A stretch of 64,000 nucleotides of DNA from an uncultured delta proteobacterium (lineage in GTDB: Bacteria > Myxococcota > Myxococcia > Myxococcales > Anaeromyxobacteraceae). The DNA is taken from the NCBI GenBank assembly GCA_963814585.1, contig CAWFDF010000008.1, forward strand, positions 448,001-512,000, read 5' to 3'. Positions 1 to 10,802 of the stretch are shown piece after piece. The first letter of the stretch is position 1. Every line of letters starts with the position of its first letter. The notes under the pieces were generated by a model. That model ran no database searches. It was given only the letters and a program-made list of their open reading frames with translations, and was not told the DNA's origin. A program made the position numbers and the translations under genes.

Positions 1-717
<717 letters not shown>

Positions 718-721
<4 letters not shown>

Positions 722-1683
722 CCGAGGAAGCTCCAGCGCAGCTTCTTGAGCCGCTCCTTGGCCGACTCGAGCCGTGGATCGATCTCCACCGCGCGCTCCA
801 GCGCCTTCTTGGCCTCCGACCGCTTCCCGGCGGCATCCAGCGCGGCGCCCAGCGCCTCGTGGGCCGGGGCGTTCCGGGGCTGGACGCGGACGGCATGCTC
901 GGCGAACTCACGGGCGGCGACGACGTCACCCACCTCGACGGCCGCGCGGCTGGCGAGGATCAGCCCGCGGGGGTTGGCCGGGTCGACCTCGAGCGCCGCC
1001 CGATAGGCCGCCAGCGCGCCTTGCCAGCTCCCCATGGCCTCGGCGGCGTGCGCCTTGTCGATGCAGTCGGCGAACCTGGCCGCCGTCGCCTTCCGGCGCG
1101 CCTCGGCGGCCAGGGCTGCGGCCTCGGCGTGGCCCGGGTCGAGGCTGGCCACCAGCTGGAAGTCGTTGCCGGCCTGGGCGAAGTTCCCCGACGCCATCAT
1201 GTCCCGTCCGTGGCTCATCAGCTCGTTGATCCGCTCGGCCCTGGCCAGGAGCGGGCTGTGGCGCGCCAGCCGGCCGCGTCGCTCCGCCGCGCGGCGCTCG
1301 TCCTCCAGCCGCCGGGCCTCGATCCGCGTGCGCTCGAGCGCCGGGGCGGTGGCGAGGACGTAGGCGGCTCGCCCGGGCTCGCCGGTGAGGACGTCCCTGG
1401 CCTCCGTCACCCGGCGGAAGACCCGCTCCAGCCGCCCCCGGAAGCTCCCGAGCTTCTTGCCGGGGTACCGGTCGGGGTGGAAGATCTTCACCTGGTCGAT
1501 GTAGGCCGCGCGCACCGCCTCCACGCTGGCGTTCCAGGGCAGGCCGAGGACCTGCCAGTGGGTCCACTCGGCCAGCTTGGCCTCGGCGAAGAGGATGGTC
1601 TTGCGCCGCTCGAGGTCGAGATCGGCCGCCTCGGCGAGATCCGCCGGATTGAACAGATGCCCCTGGTAACGATCACCGCTCAA
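718..1683 (-). CDS. J-domain + TPR co-chaperone
   Basis: C-terminal part of ORF 718..3903: HWQVLGL...KIFHPDRY (HPD motif) followed by TPR-like helical repeats. TTG start at 1683 is uncertain. Confidence 0.85.
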
Positions 1684-1760
1684 TCGAGGAGCCCCCACGC
1701 GCTTCGACCAGCCCCGGCCTGTTGGCGAGGGTCGAATGTAGCCAGCAGGACCAGCGGGGG

Positions 1761-2684
1761 TCAATCGCCCGCCAACAGCGACTCCAGCAGGGCCTTCTGG
1801 ACGTGGAGCCGGTTCTCGGCCTGGTCGAAGACCGCCGAGCGCGGCCCCTCCAGGACGGCCTCGCTGATCTCCTCGCCGCGGTGTGCCGGCAGGCAGTGGA
1901 GGACGATGGCGTCGGGCCGGGCCCGCTCCACCAGGGACTCGTCGACGATGTAGCCGGCGAAGTCGCGCGCCCGGGTGGCCTGCTCCGCCTCCCGCCCCAT
2001 CGAGGCCCAGACGTCGGTGTTGATGACGTGGGCCCCGGCGGCGGCGGCGGCGGGCGACCGGACCACGCGGGCCCGGCCGGCGCAGCGCTCCAGGAGCGCG
2101 CCGTCGGGATCGTAGCCCGGCGGGCACGCCAGCAGCAGCTCGAAGCCGAGCACCGCGCACGCTTCCAGCCAGCTGTTGGCCATGTTGTTTCCGTCGCCGA
2201 TCCAGGCGACCCGCAGGCCGGGCTTCTGCAGGGCGTCCGCGCCAAACCGCTCGGAGGTGGTGAGCAGGTCGGCCAGCACCTGGCAGGGGTGAGAGGCGTC
2301 GGTGAGCGCGTTGATCACCGGGACCTCGGCGTACCGGGCGAGCTGGGTCAGCTTCTCGTGCTCGAAGGTGCGAACCACCAGCGCGTCGAGGTAGCGCGCC
2401 AGCACCCGGGCGGTGTCCTGGAGCGGCTCGCCCCGGCCCAGCTGGGTGTCGCGCGGCGAGAGGAAGATGGCGCCGGCGCCCAGCTGGCCCGCCGCCACCT
2501 CGAAGGAGACCCGCGTGCGGGTGGAGGCCTTCTCGAAGAGCAGCCCGATGGTCATCCCCTCGAGCGGCCTGGGTCCCTTCCGGCCGAGGAGCTTCCACTC
2601 GGCGGCCCGCTCGAGGAGCTCGAGCAGCCCGCCTCGATCGAGATCGGTGATGCGCAGGAAGTCCCGCCTGGACAGGGTCGTCAT
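1761..2684 (-). CDS. argF: Ornithine carbamoyltransferase
   Basis: STRTRVSFE, HPCQ, GDGNN, DVWASMG, HCLPAHRGEE motifs. Confidence 0.97.
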   Translation of the reverse strand: MTTLSRRDFLRITDLDRGGLLELLERAAEWKLLGRKGPRPLEGMTIGLLFEKASTRTRVSFEVAAGQLGAGAIFLSPRDTQLGRGEPLQDTARVLARYLDALVVRTFEHEKLTQLARYAEVPVINALTDASHPCQVLADLLTTSERFGADALQKPGLRVAWIGDGNNMANSWLEACAVLGFELLLACPPGYDPDGALLERCAGRARVVRSPAAAAAGAHVINTDVWASMGREAEQATRARDFAGYIVDESLVERARPDAIVLHCLPAHRGEEISEAVLEGPRSAVFDQAENRLHVQKALLESLLAGD

Positions 2685-2687
2685 GGG

Positions 2688-3887
2688 CTACCTCGCTGGC
2701 GCCGCGGCGATGGCCGCGCCGAGCTTGTCCACCGCCTCGTCGGCCTCGGCGTCGGTCAGCGTCAGCGCCGGGGCCAGCCGGACCACCGACTCGCCGATGG
2801 AGTTGCAGAGCAGGCCCCCGTCGCGGGCCAGTCCCACCACCGCCGCGGCGTCGATCCCCTTCACCACCACGCCCAGCAGCAGGCCGCGGCCGCGCACCTC
2901 GACCACCCGGCCGCCGGCGCGCAGCCCCCCGAGCCTCTCGGCGAGGCGGGCACCGACCCGGACGGCGTGGGGGAGCACCTCGTGGATGAGCTGGAGCGTA
3001 CGGAGCGCCACGGCTGCGCCCAGCGCGTTGCCGCCGAAGGTCGAGGCGTGACTGCCCGGCGTGAGGTGGCGGCCCACCTCCTCGGAGGCCAGCAGCGCGC
3101 CCATGGGGTAGCCGTTGGCCAGCGCCTTGGCCGATGACATCAGGTCGGGCTCCACCCCGTCCCACTCGTGCCCCCACATCTTGCCGGTGCGCCCCATGCC
3201 GGACTGCACCTCGTCGAACAGCAGCAGCGCGCCCCGCTCGCGGGTCAGCGCGCGCGCCTTCCGGAGGTAGCCTGGGGGCGCTGCGAAGACTCCCGCCTCG
3301 CCCTGGATTGGCTCGACGATGAAGGCGGCGGTGGTGGCGGTCAGGGCCGCCTCCAGGGCGGCGACGTCGCCGAAGGGGACGTGGCGGACGCCCGGCACCA
3401 AGGGCTCGAAGCCATGGTGGTACTTGGGCTGGCCGGTGGCGGCCAGGGCGAACATGGTCCGCCCGTGAAAGGAGTCGTGGCAGGCGACGATCTCGTTCCG
3501 CTCCCCGTGGCCGAGGTCGGCGTGGTACTTGCGCGCCAGCTTGAGCATCGCCTCGTTCGACTCGGCGCCGCTGTTGCAGAGGAAGACGCGCTTGGCGAAG
3601 CTCGAGCTCCTCACCAGGGCCTCGCAGAGCTCGACCGCGCGCGGGTTGTAGAAGAGGTTGGAGACGTGCCAGAGCTCCCTGGCCTGCCGCTCGATGGTCT
3701 CGACCAGGGCCGGGTGGCAGTGACCCAGCGCGCAGGTGGCGATGCCGGCGATGGCGTCGAGGTACTCGCGCCCCTCGGCGTCCCACACCCGGCTGCCCTG
3801 GCCCCGCACCAGCACCACCGGCGCCTGCCGGTAGTTGGGGGTGAACACGGCCTGGGCGCGCTGGACGATCGAGTCGGTGAGCGTCAT
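2688..3887 (-). CDS. argD: Acetylornithine aminotransferase
   Basis: Class III PLP aminotransferase: NSGAESNE, FHGRT, EPIQGE, DEVQSGMGRTG, AKALANG, STFGGN; next to argF. Confidence 0.93.
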   Translation of the reverse strand: MTLTDSIVQRAQAVFTPNYRQAPVVLVRGQGSRVWDAEGREYLDAIAGIATCALGHCHPALVETIERQARELWHVSNLFYNPRAVELCEALVRSSSFAKRVFLCNSGAESNEAMLKLARKYHADLGHGERNEIVACHDSFHGRTMFALAATGQPKYHHGFEPLVPGVRHVPFGDVAALEAALTATTAAFIVEPIQGEAGVFAAPPGYLRKARALTRERGALLLFDEVQSGMGRTGKMWGHEWDGVEPDLMSSAKALANGYPMGALLASEEVGRHLTPGSHASTFGGNALGAAVALRTLQLIHEVLPHAVRVGARLAERLGGLRAGGRVVEVRGRGLLLGVVVKGIDAAAVVGLARDGGLLCNSIGESVVRLAPALTLTDAEADEAVDKLGAAIAAAPAR

Positions 3888-3984
3888 TCCGAGCTTGTAT
3901 CAAGTGCGGGGCGTGCGATCCAGCCGCCGGCCGGAGCGGCGGGGCGGGACCGCGAGCCTCGCCCCGAGCCGCCCGCGGCGGCGG

Positions 3985-4911
3985 TCAAGGCTTGTGGGCG
4001 CGCGGGTGGGACTGGTCGTAGACGGTGGCCAGCCGCTTCCAGTCGAGGTGCGTGTAGCGCTGCGTGGTGGAGAGCGAGGCGTGTCCAAGCAGCTCCTGGA
4101 TGCCGCGCAGGTCGGCGCCGTTGGAGAGCAGGTCGGTGGCGAAGCAGTGGCGCAGCACGTGCGGGTGGACGTGACGCGCCAGGCCGATCGTCCTGACCCA
4201 GCCGTCGATGAGGCGAGCCACGGACCGGCTGGTCAACCGGCCACCCCGGTAGTTGAGGAAGAGGGCGTCGCCGGCGCCGCGCCCGACCGCCCGCGCCGCC
4301 AGTGCCGGTCTCGCCGTGGTGAGATAGCGGAGGATGGCCTGCCGCGCCGCCTGCCCGACCGGGACGACCCGCTCCTTGCTCCGCTTCCCGAGCACGCGGA
4401 CCAGCCCCTGGGCCAGGTCGATTCCGTCGACGTCGAGGCCGGTCAGCTCGGAGACGCGGAGGCCGGAGGCGTACAGCAGCTCCATGAAGGCGCGGTCACG
4501 CAGGTGGAGCGGTGCGTCGTCGGTGCCGGGGGCCTCGACCAGGGCGGCGGTCTCCTCCTCTGGGAGCACCTCGGGGAGACGCCTGGGCGCCTTGGGTGTG
4601 GCGACCGAGCGCGCCGGGTTGGCCTCGGCCAGGCCTTCCTTCACCAGGTAGCGGTAGAAGGAGCGGATGGCGGAGAGCTTCCGGCCCAGCGACACGGGCC
4701 CGGCTTCTGCGGCTGCGGCGGCGATGAACCCTCGGACCATGGCCGGGGACGAGGGGACGAGGGGCTCATGCTGCTCGGCGAGATAGGTGGCGTACTGGGC
4801 CAGGTCGGCGAGGTAGGCCTTGAGCGTGTGAGGCGAGGCGCGACGCTCCACGCGCAGGTACGCCTCGAAGCGCCGGACCTCGGGTGGCAGCGTCGCTGCG
4901 TGGGCGGCCAT
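3985..4911 (-). CDS. xerC: Tyrosine recombinase XerC
   Basis: SPHTLKAY, RDRAFMELLYASGLRVSEL, GKRSKER, HPHVLRHCFAT, LLGHASLSTTQRYTH. Likely start is ATG 4911, not the ORF-track start. Confidence 0.92.
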   Translation of the reverse strand: MAAHAATLPPEVRRFEAYLRVERRASPHTLKAYLADLAQYATYLAEQHEPLVPSSPAMVRGFIAAAAAEAGPVSLGRKLSAIRSFYRYLVKEGLAEANPARSVATPKAPRRLPEVLPEEETAALVEAPGTDDAPLHLRDRAFMELLYASGLRVSELTGLDVDGIDLAQGLVRVLGKRSKERVVPVGQAARQAILRYLTTARPALAARAVGRGAGDALFLNYRGGRLTSRSVARLIDGWVRTIGLARHVHPHVLRHCFATDLLSNGADLRGIQELLGHASLSTTQRYTHLDWKRLATVYDQSHPRAHKP

Positions 4912-5207
4912 GTTGGATGGGTACCATCCGTGGGCCGGCGCGGCGAGTTTCGAGTTCCCGTCCGGGCGTTCCCGTCCGAGAGTAGTTCGGCTCCCCGTGG
5001 CGGTCATGAAGCGGATGGGCTCACCTGGGGCGTGCCAGGCGGTGGCGCGGACGCCCTGAGGAGGCGACCAGGCCAGGAGATCGGCATCGTCGGGGAGTTC
5101 CGGGGGCCGGCTGAAGCTCGAAGTGGGGGCGGGAGGCGAGGATTCGCCGAGGCGAGGCAGCGCACTCGCGGGGGTCATCGAGGGGGAGGAGTGGCGCGGG
5201 TGCCGGC

Positions 5208-6110
5208 TCAGCCGGGGGCGGCGCAGGTGGCGCCGTGGAGGACGCGCATCAGGTAGGTGCCGTGGGGGAAGACCACGGAAGCGGCGCGCTCCCGCCAGCG
5301 CTGGAAGGCGCGGCGGTAGTCCCGAAGGAAGGCCACAAGCTGCTGCAGCGCCTGGATGCGCTTCTCGGGGTCACGGCAGGCGATGCGCGGGTTGAGCCCC
5401 CGCCGGGGTTCGGAGCGGGGCGGCGTCCCGAACGGCGACTGGGCCTGCACGCGCCGGACGCCGAGGAACTCGCGGTGGGCCGTGGCCAGGTCCGCCGCCG
5501 CCTGCCTCTCGATGGCCTGGAGCGCGGAGACCACCTCCCGGCGGAAGTCCTCCACCGAGCCGAGCCCCGGGGGCGTCACGAGTCGGAGCCTGGCCACGCC
5601 GGGGAGCGCGGTCTTCCCCTTCTTCCTGAAGAACCAGCCGGGGCGCCTGAACTCGATGGCCGCGGCGCCCAGCTGCGCCGGGGCGGACCACAGCCCTGGC
5701 CAGAGCCGCCCGCGCCGGACCAGGCCGGCCGCGACCGGATTGGCGAGCACGTAGGCGACCTTGCCGAGGATGTCCGCCGGGGTCTGCAGCGCCACCACGC
5801 TGGATCTCGACGGCGCCCAGAAGCTCTCCGACCTGCCCAGCCGAGGGTTCATGGCTCGGGCCACCAGGGAGTCGAGGTACCGGGTGAAGGCGGGGAGCCG
5901 AGCCTCGGGATCGGTGACGACAAGGTGAACGTGATTGGACATCACGCAGACGGCGTGGACGTCGACGTGGAAGCGCTCGGCGGCGACCGCGAGGAGGTAG
6001 CCGAACAGCTGGGTGGTGTCCTGACAGGGCCGCAGCAGGAACTGTCGCTGCGTGCAGCGGCGCGAGACGAGGTAGGAACCTCCCGGAAGGATCTGGCGCG
6101 GCGCGGTCAT
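5208..6110 (-). mobile_element. Y1 HUH transposase, REP-associated tyrosine transposase (RAYT)/IS200-like
   Basis: YLVSRRC N-terminus, HUH motif CVMSNHVHLVV, catalytic-Tyr motif AYVLANPVAAGLV; ~300 aa with C-terminal extension. Confidence 0.85.
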
Positions 6111-6124
6111 GGCCCAGGCTGAAT

Positions 6125-6140
6125 CGCACGCCCCGTGCCA
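6125..6140 (-). promoter_or_regulatory. Putative sigma54 (-24/-12) promoter of the RAYT gene
   Basis: Minus strand TGGCACGGGGCGTGCG = GG-N10-GC with TGGCACG core, ~15 nt upstream of the ATG. Confidence 0.55.
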
Positions 6141-6223
6141 CCCACCTCACCACCGGATTCCAGCCACTTGCGCCCACCCCGGGCCCCTGCCCAGGTCCGC
6201 CCCCCGTCCCCTGGTCCGCCAAA

Positions 6224-7819
6224 CTACTCTGGGTCGGGGCGGGGAGGAATCACTGCGACGTAGGCGCCCGCCCGGTTCGGCTGGACCACCGCAAAGGCGA
6301 CCCGCCTCGAATCGGGGCCGAGAAACCGAATGCTCCCCGGCAAGGCGCCGCGATCCACTTGAGCCAGCTTCCCGTCGCGCCAGACGCCGAAGTCCAGCGC
6401 CACCAGATCTGGCCGCTGCCAGGTCAAGAGCAGCCGCCCCGGGTCTCGCGGGTCGAACTCGAAGCTCTTCACGCCGCGAGCGACCGTCTCCGGCTTCGCC
6501 TCTACCCCACTCGTCGAGGCCCGCTCCAGGTCGCAGGCGTCGCCATTTCGCGTGCAGCGCGCCCGGTAGTAGAGCCAGTGGCCATCGGGCGAGTACGAGA
6601 AGCCGAAGACGCCGCGGGCCACCCTCCTCGCCTCGCCCGAGGCCTCGCCGGCCCACAGGTCGACCGAGTAACCCCCGTCGACGGTGTGTCGCAGGAAGGC
6701 CACCCGGGCACCGTCCGCCGAGAGCTCGAAGTCCGTCACGTTCTTCCCGAACGTGCGAGGGGCCTGGCCCGGTCCGCCCACGCCAAGCACGCCAGCCCGA
6801 CCGCGCGGATCGTACTGCTCGAGCCACGCCAGCCGCGGCGCCGCCGCGGCCCAGCGATGCTCGCCCACCTCCCGGCCGAGGCGCTGCGGCACGCCACCGG
6901 GGGTGGCCACGAAGAGGTCGCCCTGCCTCCCGGGCGCCGCGTCGGAGATCCAGGCCAGCGCGACCCCATCCGAGGCGAAGCCGAAGGTGCGGGCGCCCCC
7001 GGCCACCCTCACGGGTCTTCCGGCCAGACCGGCCGCGAGGAAGAGCTCGGTGCCCCGCTGGCCCGTGACCGAGTAGGCGAGGGCCTTCCCTCCAGGCGCC
7101 AGGCTGAAGTCGGTCGTCTCCTCGGCAATCGGTCGCTCTCCGCCGCCGAGGCGAGCCAGATCGAGCCCGAAGAGCGCCCCCCGCTTCGCGCCCTGCGTCC
7201 GGCCCAGCCCCACCACCGATCCGCCTGGCCCCTTCCGGAGCTCGAAGCTCCCGAAGCCGCTCGCAGCGTGTTCGCCCAGCAGGACGCCATCGGGGCCGAC
7301 CACCCGGAAGCGGCCCCCGGCCACGGCCGCGATCGCCCCACCGCCTCCCGGCACGAAGCCGTGGAACGTGACGCCCGTGGCCACCTCCCTGGCGACCCCC
7401 TCGCGCACCAGGACCAGCGACCCCGCCCCACTCTCGAAGTCATAGCTGGACAGCGCCGCCAACGTGCTCCCCTCGGGTGCGAAGACCGCGCCATGGGACA
7501 AGGAGGGCACGCCTCGCGCCACCAGCCTTGGCTCTCCGCCGGCCGTGGGGAGCACCTTCAGGTCGCACGTCGCCGTCCCCAGCGGCAGGAACCGTCCCTT
7601 CACCTCGACGCACCCGTCGAGCATCGCCAGCCACTCCCCATCGGCCGACGCCAGCAGCGACTTCACCGGGCCGGCCGCCAGCCGGCGTCCCATCCCGGCC
7701 TGCTCCGCCGACCCGCCGCCTCGGCAAGCCGCCAGCCCACACGCCAGGGCCACCGCCGCCGCTGCGGCGCGGCGCGCCAGGCCAGGCCCCGCCCTGCGCT
7801 TCCCGGTCAGGATATCCAC
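6224..7819 (-). CDS. Beta-propeller (TolB/WD40-like) lipoprotein, AglU-like
   Basis: Lipobox-like ALACGLAAC; repeats FAPEG, FASDG, LSADG, YSPDG; directly downstream of trmFO, as recalled for Myxococcus aglU. GTG start uncertain. Confidence 0.7.
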   Translation of the reverse strand: MDILTGKRRAGPGLARRAAAAAVALACGLAACRGGGSAEQAGMGRRLAAGPVKSLLASADGEWLAMLDGCVEVKGRFLPLGTATCDLKVLPTAGGEPRLVARGVPSLSHGAVFAPEGSTLAALSSYDFESGAGSLVLVREGVAREVATGVTFHGFVPGGGGAIAAVAGGRFRVVGPDGVLLGEHAASGFGSFELRKGPGGSVVGLGRTQGAKRGALFGLDLARLGGGERPIAEETTDFSLAPGGKALAYSVTGQRGTELFLAAGLAGRPVRVAGGARTFGFASDGVALAWISDAAPGRQGDLFVATPGGVPQRLGREVGEHRWAAAAPRLAWLEQYDPRGRAGVLGVGGPGQAPRTFGKNVTDFELSADGARVAFLRHTVDGGYSVDLWAGEASGEARRVARGVFGFSYSPDGHWLYYRARCTRNGDACDLERASTSGVEAKPETVARGVKSFEFDPRDPGRLLLTWQRPDLVALDFGVWRDGKLAQVDRGALPGSIRFLGPDSRRVAFAVVQPNRAGAYVAVIPPRPDPE

Positions 7820-9123
7820 GCGCCCAGCTCCTTTCGCGCCCGCTCCACGTGCGCCATCTTGCGCCCTTCCTTGCCACCGCGCACCCGTCCCGGGAGCGGC
7901 GGGAAGAGCGCGAAGATCACGTTGCTCGGCTGGTGCTCGTGGCCGGGGGGGTGGGCCTCGCCCGTCAGGTGGCGATGCAGCCCACCCAGCGCCGTGGCCG
8001 CAGGGGGCGCCTGGAAGGGCCGCCCGGCCAGTCGGTCCAGGATGGCCCTGGCCGCCAGATGGCCGCAGGCCGCCGACTCGACGTACCCCTCGACGCCGGT
8101 GATCTGCCCGGCCAGGAAGAGGTGCGGGCGGGCCCGCACCGAGAGGTCCGGGGCCAGCACCCGCGGCGAGTCGACGAAGGTGTTGCGGTGGATCTGCCCG
8201 AGCCGAAGGAACTCGGCCCTGGCCAGTCCCGGCAGGGTCCGGAAGATGCGCCGCTGCTCGGGCCAGGTGAGCCTGGTCTGGAAGCCGACCAGGTTCCACG
8301 CCGTCCCCGCCAGATCCTCGCGCCGCAGCTGGGCGACCGCGTGCCACCGCCGCCCGCTGCGCGGGTCCTCGAGACCCACCGGCTTGAGCGGCCCGTGGGC
8401 CAGGACCTCCCGGCCGCGCTCGGCCATCACCTCGATGGGAAGGCACCCGTCGAAGTAGCGAGGCTCCTCGAAGCCGTGAGGCGTCACCTTCTCCCCAGCC
8501 AGCAGCGCGTCGACGAACGCGTGGTACTGGCCCTCGTCGAGCGGCAGGTTGAGGTAGTCGGCGCCGCCCCCCTTGTCATAGCGGGAGCGCGCGAAGGCGA
8601 TCGACATGTCGATCGACTCGGCGGAGACGATCGGCGCGATGGCGTCGTAGAAGGAGAGCCGCCCCCCGCAGATCCCCTGGAGCTCGGTGGCCAGCGCATC
8701 GCCGGTGAGCGGCCCGGTCGCCACCAGCACCGGCCCCGGGCCCTGTGGCAAGACCTCCACCTCGCCGGCGTGGAGCCGGATCTCGGGCCGACCCGCCAGC
8801 CGCTCCGCGACGTCCCGGCTGAACCGCTCCCGATCGACCGCAAGCGCGTCACCTGCCGGCACCCTGGTCTGGTCGGCTGCCGCCAGCACCACGCTGTCGA
8901 GCCTGCGGAGCTCCTCGTGCAGCAGGCCGACCGCGTTGTGCGGGTTGTCGGAGCGGAGCGAGTTCGAGCAGACCAGCTCGCAGGGCCCGTCGAGAAGGTG
9001 GGCGGGTGAGCGGCGAACCGGCTTCATCTCCCACAGGTCCACGCCCACGCCGGCGCGGGCCAGCCTGTAGGCCGCCTCGCAGCCCGCCAGCCCCGCGCCG
9101 ATGATCTTCACCCGCTGCGTCAT
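7807..9123 (-). CDS. trmFO: tRNA (uracil-5)-methyltransferase TrmFO (Gid)
   Basis: [41 protein letters not shown]. Confidence 0.96.
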   Translation of the reverse strand: MTQRVKIIGAGLAGCEAAYRLARAGVGVDLWEMKPVRRSPAHLLDGPCELVCSNSLRSDNPHNAVGLLHEELRRLDSVVLAAADQTRVPAGDALAVDRERFSRDVAERLAGRPEIRLHAGEVEVLPQGPGPVLVATGPLTGDALATELQGICGGRLSFYDAIAPIVSAESIDMSIAFARSRYDKGGGADYLNLPLDEGQYHAFVDALLAGEKVTPHGFEEPRYFDGCLPIEVMAERGREVLAHGPLKPVGLEDPRSGRRWHAVAQLRREDLAGTAWNLVGFQTRLTWPEQRRIFRTLPGLARAEFLRLGQIHRNTFVDSPRVLAPDLSVRARPHLFLAGQITGVEGYVESAACGHLAARAILDRLAGRPFQAPPAATALGGLHRHLTGEAHPPGHEHQPSNVIFALFPPLPGRVRGGKEGRKMAHVERARKELGAWIS

Positions 9124-9218
9124 GCCGTCACGTCCCCTGGTCTCGGCCCGGACCGACCCACCGGGGTCTCTCGCTCGCGCCGCCCGGGGTATACGCTTGG
9201 ACCGAAAGGGGGCGCAAC

Positions 9219-9587
9219 GTGACCAAGAGCAAGCAGCTGAAGGCCAGGATGGAGCTGGAGCGCCGTCGCGCCGCGGTCATCCAGGCCAGCCGCCGAGCCG
9301 AGGCCGAGCTGGACGGCCTCCGCTCGGCGGAGCGAGGGCACGAGTTCGAGGAGGCGGCCCAGGCCGAGCAGGGCGCCGCCGACCTCGAGCGGCTCAACGA
9401 GGCGGAGCGGCTGGAGCTGCGCCGCATCGAGGCCGCGCTGGCGCGCATCGACGAGGGACGCTGGGGCGAGTGCGCCGAGTGCGGACGGGCCATCGAGGCC
9501 AGGCGCCTGGAGGCGCTCCCCTGGGCCATCCGCTGCGCCGGGTGCGCCGAATCGAAGGACCGCGCCACCAGGAACGGCGCGGCGTGA
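9219..9587 (+). CDS. TraR/DksA C4 zinc-finger protein
   Basis: Coiled coil then [40 protein letters not shown]. Confidence 0.9.
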   Translation: MTKSKQLKARMELERRRAAVIQASRRAEAELDGLRSAERGHEFEEAAQAEQGAADLERLNEAERLELRRIEAALARIDEGRWGECAECGRAIEARRLEALPWAIRCAGCAESKDRATRNGAA

Positions 9588-9641
9588 CCGGAGCTCACCG
9601 GGCCTGGTCAGGGACCCCGCGCCGTCGGGGCCGCGCCGCGA

Positions 9642-10226
9642 CTACTCGTTCTTCATCACCATGAACTTGTACTCGCCCAGCTCGGCCTGGCCGGCCGTGT
9701 AGAGGACCTCCATCAGCGTCCGGTAGGTGATCTTCCGATCGGCGATGACGTTGAGCCGCCCGCTGATCGGGGCGTTCTTGTTGTACTGGGCGATGTACTT
9801 CTGCTTGTCGACCTCCTTCTTGAGGGCGTCGTAGACGGCCCCGACGTAGAAGGCCTCGCCCTTCCCACCCTCCTTGTAGGCCGGTGGGATCACCCCGCCC
9901 TTCATCGCCACCACCCTGCGATCGCCCACCGCCACCTCGTCCATCGAGACGGTGATGGAGATGTTCTCCTGCGGCGCCAGCTGGGTCGACGAGACCGGGA
10001 TGGTCAGCTCCTCGCCCATGTTCACGCTGAGCGTGGAGGCCTGGTAGGACTTGAGCAGGAACACCAGCAGGATGGTCATCATGTCCATCATGGCGACGAT
10101 GTTCAGCTCCTTGATCTCGCCGGCACGCTCGCGCGCCCTCCGCTTGGCGCGACGCTCGTTGCGGACCTGCCGCTCCCTCGAGGCGGCCGCCTGCTCGCTC
10201 CCGCGGGTGGACTCGGGGCCGGTCAC
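9642..10226 (-). CDS. ExbD/TolR-family motor subunit (AglQ/AglS-like)
   Basis: ELNIVAMMDMMTILLVFLLKS TM helix with conserved Asp; IADRKITY. Confidence 0.88.
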   Translation of the reverse strand: MTGPESTRGSEQAAASRERQVRNERRAKRRARERAGEIKELNIVAMMDMMTILLVFLLKSYQASTLSVNMGEELTIPVSSTQLAPQENISITVSMDEVAVGDRRVVAMKGGVIPPAYKEGGKGEAFYVGAVYDALKKEVDKQKYIAQYNKNAPISGRLNVIADRKITYRTLMEVLYTAGQAELGEYKFMVMKNE

Positions 10227-10229
10227 GGC

Positions 10230-10763
10230 TCAGCCGATCACCGACAGCGAGACGTCGAAGAACAACGCCTTCCGCTCGGACGTGCCGTCGGGGAACTTCA
10301 CCACCAGCTCCCGGCAGGCGTCCATGGTCTTGATGAGGACGTCATAGACGACCGAGCCGTCGGCGGTGAGGATCACCTGGGTCTCGCTGGGAAACCGCTC
10401 CTTGATGGCCGACAGCTGCGCCGAGAGGGCGGCGAAGTCGTACGCTCCGTCATCGCGGAGCGGGATGGTCGGGGGTCGCGTCAGATCGGGGGCGCCTGAG
10501 GGGCCCAGCACGCCGCCGGCGCCCGCGACGTAGAACCCCTGCTTCCCGACGGCCACCGTGAGCAGCAGCCTGGGACCGGCCTCCTGCGCCGCGGCCACGC
10601 TCCCCTCCCCGCCGATGCGGGGCGCCGAGACGTTGAGCACCCCGAGCGTGATCAACCCGGTCATGCTGAGCAGCATGAACATGACCAGGTTCACGACCAC
10701 GTCGAGGTAGGGGACGATGTTGAGCTCGCCCGTGTGCTCGTCTTCACGGATGCGCCGGCGCAT
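10230..10763 (-). CDS. ExbD/TolR-family motor subunit (AglQ/AglS-like)
   Basis: ELNIVPYLDVVVNLVMFML TM helix with Asp; YDVLIKTMDACR. Confidence 0.88.
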   Translation of the reverse strand: MRRRIREDEHTGELNIVPYLDVVVNLVMFMLLSMTGLITLGVLNVSAPRIGGEGSVAAAQEAGPRLLLTVAVGKQGFYVAGAGGVLGPSGAPDLTRPPTIPLRDDGAYDFAALSAQLSAIKERFPSETQVILTADGSVVYDVLIKTMDACRELVVKFPDGTSERKALFFDVSLSVIG

Positions 10764-10802
10764 CGGAGCCCCTTCCCTGGCAGCGCGGGTTCGACGGCGC
10801 CG

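Noticed and set aside
3985..6110. xerC plus transposase as an integrative element or prophage
   Set aside because: The recombinase is a typical chromosomal XerC in trmFO-xerC context; no phage, conjugation or att signatures.
6229..6240. CTGGGTCGGGGC next to the RAYT matches 12 nt of the MITE arm at 22129-22140
   Set aside because: It lies inside the 3' codons of the lipoprotein gene, and a 12-nt G/C-rich match is plausible by chance.
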